A stretch of 64,000 nucleotides of DNA from Squalus acanthias (taxonomy: Eukaryota). A program made the translations under genes and the position numbers. The notes below the pieces were generated by a model. It saw nothing but the letters and a program-made list of their open reading frames with translations. It was not told the origin of the DNA and ran no database searches. This document shows, piece after piece, positions 25,829 through 37,779 of this stretch. Within the stretch, counting starts at the first letter, position 1. The number at the start of each line of letters is the position of its first letter. The stretch is from assembly GCA_030390025.1 (NCBI GenBank), contig CM059433.1, positions 15,750,001-15,814,000 of the forward strand. Reading direction: 5' to 3'.

Positions 25829-26953
25829 GGAAAATGTTGGAGATGTAACAGGTTTTAAGCGAATGCAGGGATAGGGCCGGGGGTGGGTGGGGGAGGAAAG
25901 AACAAAAGGGACGGTCTGTGATAGGGTGGAAGGCAGGAGAGAGTAAATGAACAGCAGAACCATTACCAACACCTGCTGTCCGGAAAAAAAGGGAGCAGTG
26001 CTTATGATCTGAAATTGTTGAACTCACTGTTGAGTCCAAATGTGCCTAATCAAAAGATGAGGTGCTTGTTCCTTCAGCTTCTGTTGAGCTTCATTGGAAC
26101 AGTGTAGGAGGCCGAGGACAGAGTGGTTGGAGTGGGATGGAGAATTAAAATGGCAAGTGATCAGAAGCTCAGCGTCACACTTGCGGATTGAATGGAGGTG
26201 TTCAGTAAAGCGTTTGGTCTCCCCAATGTAGAGGAGACCATATTGTGAGCAATGAATACAGTCTATTAAATTGAAAGAAGTTCATGTAAATCGCTGCTTC
26301 ACTTGGAAGGAGTGTCTGAGGCCCCGGACGGCGGGAAGGGAGGAGATGAGAGGGCAGGTGTTGCATATCCTGCGCTTGCACGGGAAGGTGCCGTGGGAAG
26401 GGGAGGGAGTGTTGAGGTGATTGAGGAGTGGACCAGATTATCGCTGAGGGAACAATCCCTTCGGAATGCTGAAAGGGAGGAGAGGGGAAGATGTGTTTGG
26501 TAGTGAAATCACGCTGGAGGTGGTGGAAATAGCGGAGGATGATCGTTGAATGTGGAGATTGGTGGGGTGGAAGGTGAGGATAAGGGGAACCCTAACGTGG
26601 TTCTGGGAGGGAAGGAAAGGGGTGAGGGCAGAAGTGCAGGAAATGGGATGGACGTGGTGAGGGCCCTGTCAACAATGGTAGCGGGTAATCCTCGGTTGAG
26701 GAAAAAGGAGGACACATCGGAAGCACTGGCGTGGAAGGTGGCATTGTCAGAGCAGATGCGGCGGAGACGGAGAAACTGGGAGATTGGAATAGTCCTTACA
26801 GGAAGTGGGGTGGGAGGAAGTGTAATTATGGTAGCTATGGGAGTCAGTGGGCTTATAGAAACATAGAAACATAGAAAATAGGTACAGGAGTAGACCATTC
26901 GGTCCTTCGAGCCTGCACCGCCATTCAATGCGTTCATGGCTGAACATGCTACC

Positions 26954-29890
26954 TCAGTACCCCATTCCTGCTTTCTCGCCATACCCCTTGATCCCCTTAG
27001 TTGTGAGTGTTATATCTAACTCCCTTTTGAATATATTTAGCGAACTGGCCTCAACAACCTTCTGTGGAAGAGAATTCCATAGATTCACCACTCTCTGGGT
27101 GAAGAAGTTCCTCCTCAGCTCAGTCCTAAATGGCTTCCCCTTAATCCTTAGACTGTGACCCCTGGTTCTAGTTTTCCCTACCATTGGGAACATTCTGCCC
27201 GCATCTAATTTGTCTAAACCAGTCAGGATTTTAAATGTCTCTATAAGATCCCCCCTCATTCTTCTGAACTCCAGAGGATACAAGTTCAGTTGACCCAATC
27301 TTTCTTGATATGTCAGTCCGGCCATCCCAGGAATCAATCTAGTGAACCTTCGCTGCACTCCCTCAATAGCAAGAATGTCCTTCCTTAAGTTAGGAGACCA
27401 AAACTGCGCACAATACTCCAGGTGTGGCCTCACCAAGGCCCTGTACAACTGTAGCATCACCTCCCTACTCCTGTACTCAAATCCCCTTGCTATGAAGGCC
27501 ATCATTCCGTTTGCTTTCTTGACTGCCTGCTGCACTTGCATTCCCACCTTCAGTGACTGATGTACCATGACGCCCAGGTCTCGTTGCACGTCCCCTTTCC
27601 CTAATCTGCCACCATTCAGTTAATAGTCCGCCTCTCTATTTTTACCACCAAAGTGGATAACCTCACATTTATCCACATTGTACTTCATCTGCCATACATT
27701 TGCCCATTCACCCAACCTGTCCAAGTCATTCTGTAGCCTCCTAGCATCCTCCTCATTGTTCACACTGCCTCCCAATTTAGTGTCATCCGCAAATTTGGAA
27801 ATATTACATTTAATCCCTTCGTCCAAATCATTAATATATAATGTAAACAGCTGGGGTCCCAGCACCGAACCCTGCGGTACCCCGCTGGTCACTGCCTGCC
27901 ATTCTGAAAAGTACCCATTTACTCCTACTCTTTGTTTCCTGTGTGCCAACCAGTTCTCAATCCACGTCAACACATTACCCCCAATCCCATGTGCTTTAAC
28001 TTTGCTCACCAATCTCTTGTGTGGGACCTTGTCGAAGGCCTTCTGAAAGTCCAAATACACCACATCTACTGGTTCCCCCCTGTCCACCCTATTGGAAACA
28101 TCCTCAAAAAATTCCAGAAGATTTGTCAAGCATGATTTCCCTTTCACAAATCCATGCTGACTTGGACCTATCATGTCGCCACTTTCCAAATGGTCTGTTA
28201 TGACATCTTTAATAATTGCTTCCATCATTTTACCCATGACCGATGTCAGGCTGACCGGTCTATAATTCCCTGCTTTCTCCCTCCCTCCTTTTTTAAAAAG
28301 AGGGGTTACATTGGCCACCCTCCACTCCATCGGAACTGATCCAGAGTCTAAGGAATGTTGGAAAATGATCGTCAATGCATCCACTATTTCCAAGGCCACC
28401 TCCTTAAGTACTCTGGGATGCAGACCATCAGGCCCCGGGGATTTTTCAGCCTTCAGTCCCATCAATTTCCCCAATACCTTTTCCCGACTAATAAGGATTT
28501 CCCTCAGCTCCTCCCTCTTACCAGATCCTCTGACCCCTTTTATTTCCGGCAGTTTGTGTGTGTCCTCCACAGTAAACACCGAACCAAAGTACTTGTTCAA
28601 TTGATCTGCCATTTCCTTGTTCCCCATTACGACTTCCCCTGTTTCCGACTGCAGGGGACCTACGTTTGTTTTTACTAACCTCTTTCTTTTTACATATTTA
28701 TAGAAGCTTTTGCAGTCCATTTTAATGTTCTCTGCAAGCTTCCTTTCATATTTTATTTTCCCTGCCCTAATCAAACCCTTCGTCCTCCTCTGCTGAGTTT
28801 TGAAGTTCTCCCAGTCCCCGGGTTTGCTGCTACTTCTGGCCAATTTGTATGCAACTTCCTTGGTTTTAATACTATCCCTGATTTCCCTTGTTAGCCATGG
28901 TTGAGCCACCTTCCCTTTTTTATTTTTACGCCAGACCGGGATGTACAATTGTTGTAGTTCATCCATGCGATCTCTAAATGTCTGCCATTGCCCTTCCACT
29001 GATAGCCCCTTAAATATCGCTGGCCAATTTAACCTCGCCAATTCACGCCTCATACCCTCAAAGTTGCCCTTATTTAAGTTCTGGACCATGGTCTCTGACT
29101 TAACTGTTTCCTTCTCCATCCTAATGTAGAACTCCACCATACTATGGTCACTCTTCCCCAGGGGGCCTCGTACCACAAGATTGCTGATTAGTCCCTCCTC
29201 ATTACACAACACCCAGTCCAGGATGGCCTCCCCTCGAGTTGGTTCCTCAACATATTGGTTTAGGAAACCATCCCTTAAACACTCCAGGAAATCCTCCTCC
29301 ACCGTATTGCTTCCAGTTTGAGTAGCCCAATCTATATGCATATTAAAGTCACCCATGATAACTGCCGTGCCTTTTTTGCATGCACCTCTGATTTCCTGTT
29401 TCATACCCTCCCCCACCTCACTACTGCTGTTTGGAGGTCTGTACACAACTCCCACTAACGTTTTCTGCCCTTTGGTGTTCTGCAGCTCAACCCATATTGA
29501 TTCCACATCCTCCAAGCTGATGTCCTTCCTAGCTATTGCATTAATCTCCTCTTTAACCAGCAATGCTACCCCACCCCCTTTTCCTTTTATTCTATCCTTT
29601 CTGAATGTTGAATACCCCTGGATGTTCAGTTCCCAGCCTTGATTGTTCTGGAGCCACGTCTCTGTAATCCCAATCACATCGTATCCGTTAACATCTATTT
29701 GCACAGTCAATTCATCCACCTTATTACGGATACTCCTTGCATTAAGACACAGAGCCTTTAGGCTTGTTTTATTAACATCCTTTGTCCGTTTAGACTTATG
29801 ATTTAGTATGGCCCTTTGTGTTTCTTGCCTTTGTTTACTCGGCCTTCCCCTATTGTTTCTCACCCTTCTAACATTTGTTTCTGACTGCAT
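26954..29890 (-). pseudogene. CR1 ORF2 (APE endonuclease plus RT) with a single in-frame stop
   Basis: ORFs 27620-29890 and 26954-27589 are in the same frame, separated by TAA at 27620-27622 (ADY*LNG). Motifs LNARS, ITETW, GDFN, SDH, QHGF, DFQKAFD, GVPQGSVLGP, FADD. Confidence 0.95.
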
Positions 29891-29937
29891 ATTACTTCCC
29901 CCTGTTTCGCTACATAGGTTCCCATTCCCCTGCCATA

Positions 29938-30468
29938 TTAGTTTAAATCCTCCCGAACTGCTTTAGCAAATATTACCCCGAGGACATCGGTTCCAGTCCT
30001 GCCCAAGTGCAGACCGTCCCTTTTGTACAGGTCCCACTTCCCCCAGAACTGGTTCCAATGCCTCAGGAATTTGAATCCCTCCCTCCTGCACCACTGCTCA
30101 AGCCACGTATTCAATCTCACTATCCTGTTCTCTCTATTCTGATTAGCACGTGGCCCTGGTAGCAATCCAGAGATTACTACCTTAGAGGTCCTACTTTTTA
30201 ATTTAGCTCCTAGCTCCCTAAATTCTGCTTGTAGGACCTCTTCCCGCTTTTTACCTATATCGTTGGTACCTACATGCACCACGACAGCTGGCTGTTCACC
30301 CTCCCTCTTCAGAATGTTCTGCAGCCGCTCCGAGACATCCTTGACCCTTGCACCAGGGAGGCAACATACCATCCTGGAATCTCGGTTGCGGCCACAGAAA
30401 CTCCTGTCTATTCCCTTTACAATTGAGTCCCCTATCACTATAGCCCTACCACTCTTTTTCCCGCCCTG
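29938..30468 (-). pseudogene. CR1 ORF1 SGNH esterase domain (5'-truncated)
   Basis: VIGDSIV, LPGARV, VHVGTNDIG, DGLHL. Confidence 0.9.
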
Positions 30469-32044
30469 CGGTTGACAGCCTATCCCCAAATATGGAGACT
30501 GAGAAGTCGAGGAAGGGAAGTGTTGGAGTTGGAACATGTGAAGGTGAGGGAGGGGTGGAAATTTGAAACAAAGTTGATTAAACTTTCCAGTTCGAGGTGA
30601 GAGCACAAAGTGGCACCAATACAGTCATCAATGTACCAGAAAAAGAAGTGAGGGAGGGGACCTGAGTAGGACTGGAACAAAGAATATTCCACGTATCCCA
30701 TGAAAAGGCAGGCATAGCCAAGACCCATACAGGTTTTCATAGCGACACCTTTTATTTGAAGGAAATGAGAGGATTCAAAGGAGAAGTTGTTCAATGTAAG
30801 TACAAGTTCAGTCAGGCGGAGGAGGGTGGTGGTGGAGGGGGACTGGTTGGCCCTCCATTCGAGGAAGAAGCGGAAGGCCCACAGACCATCCTGGTGGGGG
30901 ATGGAGGTGTAGAAAGGTGGCTGTCCATGGTGAAAAGGAGACGGTTAGGGCCAGGAAACTGGAAACTGTAAAAGTGGTGGAAGGCGTTGGATGAGTTGCG
31001 GATGTAGGTGGGAAGAGACTGGACAAGGGGAGAAAAAACAGAGTCGAGATAGGAAGAAATAAGTTCCGTGGGGCAAGAACAGGCCGAAACGATGGGTCTG
31101 CCAGGGCAGTCCTGTTTGTGGATCTTGGAAAGGAGGTAGAAGTGGGCTGTGGGTGATTGGGGGACTATGAGGTTGGAGGCTGTTGGCAGGGGGTGGGGTG
31201 GGGGTGGGCGTGGGGGTGGGAGAAGATCTCCAGAGGAGATGAGATCAGTGATGTCTGGGAAACAATAGCTTGATGTTCAGTGGTGGGGTTGTGGTCCATG
31301 GGGAGGTAGTTGGTGTTCAGCTTCCACAAGGTAGAAGTCTGTTCAATGAACAGCAACAGACCTGCCTTGTCAGCAGGTTTAATGACAATGTTAGGGTTGG
31401 ACCTGGGCGAACAGAGTGCTGCAAGTTCAGAAGGAGGTAGGTTAGAGTGAGTGAGGGGAGTAGAGATATTGAGATGGCCAATGTCACACCGGCAGTTCCC
31501 AATGAAAAGAGCTAGAGAGGGTAAGATGCCAGAGAGAGGGGTCCAGGTGGAATGAGAATTCTGAAGATGGGAGGAATGGTCCACTGTGGGGAGGGAGGAC
31601 TCTTGGCCAAAGAAATGGGCACGGAGGCGAAGGCAACAGAAGAAGAGTTCAGCATCGAGCTCGAAACTCATTGAGGTGGAGGTGTAAGGTGATGAAGCTG
31701 AGGCCTTTGCTGAGGACTGATCGTTCATGGTCAGAGAGGGGAAGGGCAGAGGGGATGGCGAAAACACTGCAAAGGGCGAGATTGGAAGGAGGGATGGGAT
31801 CAGAGGAAAGCGAAGGGGAAGAAGGATCCGGAGGGGCGTTGGTATCTAAGAGTTGTTGAAGCGTGTGGTCCTTCAGCCCTGAAAGGAAGAAAAAAAAGTT
31901 TTTTGTTAAAGCGCCGGATGAGGCGAAGGATGAAATGGAACTGCGGACCAGGCCAGCTCTGAAAGAGAGTGAGTCAGTGCTGCTGAAGAGAGAGGTCGAG
32001 AGTGTTCATGTGGCAGTGCATGGCGTTGAGCGTGGAATGGTAAC

Positions 32045-32647
32045 TGTTTAGTTCCAGTTCTAATTAACTCATGAGACATCAGTTCAAAATATTACTTTAT
32101 TAGTCAAAAGTCCATGCGACCTTAATTAGACGATATGTTAATAGATAGTTTAACAAGAGTCTATCAGGCCTATTCTAATACAAGCCGTAAATAAGCAGTT
32201 GACTGCATACCCATGCTTGGGACACTCGCTGGGTTCAGATGCTTTTCCTGTTCTCTGAACTGACAAATTCCAAGAGCATTTTCCTTTTCTTTTATACCCA
32301 TTTCATTGCCTGTATACGGTCATGCTTGTGACTTCTACAATTCAATTAAGTCAGCAAGTTTTAGCTTGTGACCCTTAGATCATCAAGTTTAACTTTTGTT
32401 GGACATTTATGACTCTTAGGTTATCAAACAAATTGCTGAACATAAATGATTATAGTGGCTCTGACCTCATCAGTGTCCTGCACCATTGTCTGAAGTTGTA
32501 GACAGTGGTTAATCATCTTTCATTACACATGTCTCCTGGTAGCTAGTAAAGTAAGAAACTTCTGCTTCTTGTTCGTTAGTATTGAGATGTTTTTGTCCTT
32601 CGTCAAGGATTTCAGAAAGACCAACTTCATTTAACCATATTGCTACA
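32045..32647 (-). mobile_element. Putative solo LTR
   Basis: Reverse strand begins TGTAGCA and ends ACA, with GGGTATAAAAAG and a downstream AATAAA; no TSD found. Confidence 0.4.
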
Positions 32648-32718
32648 TTTTATCTGACCCACAATTAGCTATTCTGCCTTGGTTTCATTAAAAATAACTA
32701 CAAACGCAAATATATATA

Positions 32719-32987
32719 CAGGAATCCCGCCCCAACCGCGGGTTTGCCATACGCGGATTTCACGTATACACGGTTTCCACTCTGCGACAATTTTTGCCAA
32801 CCGCGGCAGTGAAATTCGCGTATCCGCGGTTTTTAATTTAGGAATAAGGTAAATAACATGATTTTTATGCTTTTTATATGCTTTTTTATTGTGTTTATAC
32901 ACATTTATACTGAATTTGCCAACCGCGGTTTTACTAACCACGGGGGTTTTCAGGGACGTCTCCCCCGCGGTTGGGGAGGGATCCCTG
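32719..32987. mobile_element. Tc1/mariner (Tigger-like) MITE
   Basis: TA|CAGGAATCCCGCCCAACCGCGG ... CCGCGGTTGGGGAGGGATCCCTG|TA; repeated AACCGCGG motifs. Confidence 0.8.
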
Positions 32988-33608
32988 TATTCTCCAAAGT
33001 GACAAAATGGAAGCTGTTTGTAATGTAACCCACGTATGGGTATTCAGATTAAAGCAGGTTTCAAATCTGGATTTGTAATGAGCACCCCTGAAAGATCCCA
33101 ACTATCCATGGCCAGAGATTGAAAAATAATTGCTAATATGTAACCACAGCGAGTGCCCATAAAATGTTAGGTTACTTGGATACATATCTACAATATCCTG
33201 CCAGGAATGTAAGAGGTACTGACTGCCAATAGACTGTTAGGGAAATGAGATCTGTCCACCCATTACATTGCTACTAAAGTTAGCCAAAGAATCTCATTTA
33301 ATTGGTAGCGAAGTTAGATACATAGAGAGTCACTGGATTACCAGGAATGTTTTCTGTTTTGATTGGGAAGAATGTGAGATATCATTAGCAATTATTTGGC
33401 TGGCAAATAATTCGTATATTTGGAAATCACCACTGGATCCACAGGCAAGTGCATAAGGGCTAAGCGATTGTTTAAAACTGACAAAGTGCTATGATGGTAC
33501 AGTGGAAAATATTTCTATTTTTTGAATAGAAATAAATTTTGTTTTAAAAACAATCTTTCACTGCAGACACCAGCACCAAACAACTGAACCAATTTATGCA
33601 CTGACATT

Positions 33609-34011
33609 GGGCTGGATTTTCAATGACCCGTGGAGTCGGGTTTGGAGGCGTGTGGGGGGTTAAAGTTGCAGATTCGGGGGTCCCGACCCCATCCCGACTC
33701 CATTCCGCCTCCACGCAATTTTGACAAAATCGGTCGCGGGGTTCCCGACTCCGTCCCGCCTCCAAGAGGCGGGAGAGGCCATTAAAGTCCTTAACAAGCC
33801 CTAAATTGGCTCTGTAATGCCATTTTGAAACGTTTTAGCTAGTTTAACCCTTTTCCGACGTGAAGTACGCCTGATGCGAAACATGCCAGTGAAACCTGGC
33901 GGGAGCACAAGTGAAAATTGCATCAATCTCCCACATCCAATTGCAGACGGGTGGATAACACGAAATGCGGATGACACGACCCCAACCCGCCCCAGTATCA
34001 AAATCCAGCCC
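33609..34011. mobile_element. Harbinger-type MITE
   Basis: TIR GGGCTGGATTTT / AAAATCCAGCCC; TSD ATT. Confidence 0.85.
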
Positions 34012-34441
34012 ATTATGTGTGATTTGTATGTACAGAGAATCAAAGGTAGCAAACAAGTAATCACAGTGACGTTATTTGTTTAAAGGGACAGAGGCAGCCA
34101 AATTTGAATGGTACTAATTGGGAGAAACTCTGGGCTTTTTTCAGAATATCCATCCACACTTTGGTTCAATTTTAACAATGGATACACAGCTTGTTGTTAA
34201 TATTAGATACAATTATAATCGTTCTTTCTCCATAGTCACTGTTGTGGCAGCTTGGGTTCCATAAATGCAACAAATCTATCCACAAAATATTTTTCTAAAG
34301 ATACATTTTAATGCATCTAATGCATCTAATTCATTTTGACCAGATATGTGCTTTGCAATCTTTTGAATGATTTTCTTTCCCAACATCAGTTCAAAAGGCT
34401 TTAACAAAATAATTGAAAAACCTCTCAAGGAACATCTTTAG

Positions 34442-34467
34442 ATATATATATATATATATATATATAT
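34442..34467. repeat. (AT)n microsatellite
   Basis: Directly visible in the sequence. Confidence 0.95.
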
Positions 34468-34469
34468 GT

Positions 34470-34750
34470 TTTCAGGATGTGAGTGACATTGGCAAGGCTA
34501 CATTTATTGCCCATCTCTAGTTACCCTATGGTGGTGGTAGTGGCCCTTCTTCTTGAAGCCTGCTGGGACATTTTAATGTAATGTGGACTAGAGCCATGTG
34601 TAGGGTGTAGGCCAGATTGGGTAGGTAGTGGCAGTTCCAATCCCTGTAGGACATTAATAAATTAGTTGTGCTTGTACAACAATCCAGCAGCTCCCAGGGA
34701 CATTTTTTCCTGGTGCCAGTACACAACTTACCGAACTGCTTGATATATTT
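34470..34750 (-). mobile_element. Degraded SINE of the 58430 family
   Basis: Shares GGACTAG..ATCCAGA head, AATGTCCT..AGGGA core and GATGGGCAATAAATG tail. Confidence 0.6.
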
Positions 34751-35029
34751 AAGGAGATTTGATCTCATGTCTTCTGGATTTCTAGTCCTATATTACAATC
34801 ACTACACCATATCTTTCAAACAGGAGAAAGCTCCAAATTATTCAGCAAGTTCTATTATAGCCATTGTGTTTCCTGTAAACCATAGGGATTTACAGCACAG
34901 ATGGAAGCCAGTCAGCCCACTGGTTCATTGCTAAAGCAATCCAAAACCAATCCCGCTGTCTTGATCTCTTTTTTTGATGCACAGCTATTTGCTGTTTAAG
35001 TAAATAATGGGAAGGAGCAAATAGGAAGT

Positions 35030-35585
35030 GAGTATTTAGCAAGTCTGCCATTTCTTGATTTTCAATTACAACATCACCTGTGTCTGTCATTAAGGGGCCC
35101 ACATTACTCTTAGCCAACCGTTTTCTCTTGATATACTAGTAAAAACCTTTAGTGTTGTCCTTGATATCTCTCACAAGTTTTTTTCTCAATTCTCTTTTGG
35201 CAGCTCTAACTACTTTCTTTGTATCCCTTTGCCGTTCTTTATATCTCTCCCAGTCCGTGGGATCTCCACTTCTTGTGTTGGCCAGGATTGTTTCATTACA
35301 TAAGTAGAGCTCTTGCCCTTTTGGGTTATGTACAGGTCTTGCATTGAGCCAAATATTTCTTTGAACACCTCCCACTGTTCATCTGCATTTTTACCCATTA
35401 ACAGTTCTGCCCAGTTACTATGGTCAGTTTCTGCCTCATTCCTTCAAAGTCAGCCTTATCAAAATTTAAAACCTTGGTTTTTGACTCACCCTTCTCCTTC
35501 TCAAACCTAATATTGAATTCAATCATGTTATGGTCACTGGTAGGTAGGTGTTCCCTTACCGTTAGATTGCTCACTAAATCTGGCT
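35030..35585 (-). mobile_element. CR1 ORF2 fragment
   Basis: HLPTSDHNMIEF, DWERYKERQR..KKLVRDIKDNTKGFY, KSNVGPL..QEMADLLN. Confidence 0.8.
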
Positions 35586-35741
35586 CAGTTGGGCCGATTT
35601 GAAACCAGTTTTCCTGTACCTAATATTACTTGGCAGGTCTACTAAAACAATTTTGGCTTATTCTTCAATGCAAAAGCACTGTTACTGAATTTATGCTCCT
35701 CAGTTTATCCTTTGTATATTGCAGTGATCAGCACTTCTAGT

Positions 35742-36095
35742 TTAAAAAGAGAAAATGCTGGAAATACTCAGCAGGTCAGGCAGCATCTGTGGAGAGAGAA
35801 ACAGAGTTAACGTTTCAGGTCGATGACCCTTCATCAGAACTGGAAAAAGTTGGAGATGGAACAGGTTTTTAAGCAAGTGTAGGGGCAGGGAAAGGGGGGA
35901 GGGGAAGAAAGAACAAAACGGAAGGTCTGTGATAGGATGGAAGGCAGGAGAGATTAAGAGATGAAAGGGATGATGGTGCAAGGCAAAAGGAGATGGTAAT
36001 GGAACAAGTTAAGAAACAAAAGATGACTCTAGCTGAAGTGTAAATGGCAATGGCAGAATGATCGACAGCTGCCATGTGAGAGTTATTTTTGTGTT
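35742..36095 (-). mobile_element. Penelope-type 3'-end insertion
   Basis: Homologous to the 24871 and 25735 ends; 12-bp direct repeat AGCACTTCTAGT (35730-35741 / 36096-36107). Confidence 0.82.
35805..35841 (-). ncRNA. Minimal hammerhead ribozyme motif
   Basis: Reverse strand AGTT-CTGATGA-AGGGTC.ATC.GACCT-GAAA-CG-TTA-ACT. Confidence 0.72.
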
Positions 36096-37779
36096 AGCAC
36101 TTCTAGTATGTTGTGCATTGTGGGTATTGATGCTTACCTATATACTTGCTAATGAGTTTGACTTATTAAGTCATGAAAAATTCAAAGTTGTTCTTTCCTT
36201 TATTGGTTCTGCTATTGTGTTGCTTTTTAAAAAAAAACTCATCAGGGTTCTATGATTGTTTTGACCTTTAGCTGTGCTAGAAAATAATTGTATTCACCTC
36301 TCAATGGATTGTTTAGAGGAAATGCTTCAGGGCTTGAGAATATAGAAACAAACTATCAATACCGATTGCAAAAGTAATGTTTAAATTATTCAAACTAGCA
36401 GCTGCACTAAGGAAAAATGAGGAGAGCTTTCCCTCTCCATTCAATAGCCTTCTCATAAATCCTATGTTAAAGCTGAGGTTCAAAGCACTATATTTTTCTG
36501 TCTCCATCACTTCTGAGCATTGCTTCTCAAGTCAAAATTGTGGAGTGGGCAGGAGTTACCAATGAACTTTGTCCTATTTTTTGTTGAATCCATTCACTAC
36601 CCACTGCTGATTTTGGCAAGCTAGAAAAGTAAGAGGAGAAAGATATAACACTAGCAGAAGCACAAACATCAATGTTTTCATTGTTGATTCAAAAACCATA
36701 GGGTCAATTTTACAAATTCATGCTCCAGGTGCATGTCAAGGATCAACTGTTAGTCAACCTCCTCCCTTCCATGGTTCACAACAACACGCTTCAAGTAAGC
36801 ATGAGACACTTGCTGGTGGAGTGTACGGAACAGACTTTATTCATATACAGCACAGGTGATCGATCTAACCGTATACCAAGAGTGGCTTTTGGTTTTTGTT
36901 TCTATCCTTCAAGCCCTCCAAAGAACTGTTGAAAACCATGCTCCTTTATACAACTTATTTTGCCTACATCAAAGGTACATGTCACAGATAAAACCTCATG
37001 ATGTATCTGTTCCTGAATCCTTTGAACACAGACTATTTACATAAACAGACACAGTTGTTTATGTCAAAGATACTTCTCTCAAACAAGACTTCCTGATTTA
37101 TGTTTTCTTGAATCTTTTGAGTACTAGCTTTATTAACAGCTTATCTTTCTTTACTATAGTTAATGGACTCCTCTGTCTATGTTTATTACACTAGCCACTA
37201 AAGTTATACTTTAATCACTCATACTTGCACAAGCATTTCTCGTAGATAATACTAAGACATTAAAAGCAGAAAATAAGCTATGCTTTCTCCTGTGGAACCC
37301 CAAAACTATCTTATTTATCTTGGAAAGCCTGTTGTTTCAAGATACAAGGAAGTTCGATTATTAACCCTTAACTCTCCAAGATGTCTAACATACAACTCTC
37401 CAGGATGTCCAACATATCCACCACATTTTATTTCTTCTAATACATGCTTGTATAGGTATGTGATGCTAATAAGATGAGAACCTTAGATAAGCCCATGAGG
37501 GGTCAACAGGAGGTGATCACATACCTATCTAAATGTGCCAAATAAGTTATGCCAATTAACCTAACATGAGCTTGCAAATTTAACTGAAAAACAATGAAAC
37601 TTTGAGACTATACTTATTATGTGGACAAAGTGGAACATTAAAATATGTTTATTAGACATTTGATCCTTCAATGTTTTATAGCTTTTGAAAATTAGGTTAA
37701 TTCTTATCCAAAACTTTTGCATTGAACAGAGTGCCTGTCATCTTAAAACATCCTAAATCAGCTTGAACTAATAAGTATA

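Larger units (their letters stand above)
26857..30468 (-). mobile_element. Young CR1 LINE, 5'-truncated in ORF1, nested in the Penelope element
   Basis: ORF1 esterase, complete ORF2, 3' UTR and (TTTCTATG)n tail; Penelope sequence resumes on both sides. Confidence 0.96.
25735..32040 (-). mobile_element. Penelope-like retroelement (RT plus GIY-YIG), decayed and split by a CR1
   Basis: FFCCLRLRAHFF, NPNIVIKPADK, FLQIKGVAMKTCMG..YACLFMGYVE, WYIDDCIG, IPISQFLRLRRICS, CSQYGLLYIGETKR; hammerhead-containing 3' repeat. Confidence 0.9.

Noticed and set aside
36701..36860. Candidate exon
   Set aside because: Weak acceptor, unrecognised peptide and no supporting neighbouring exons.
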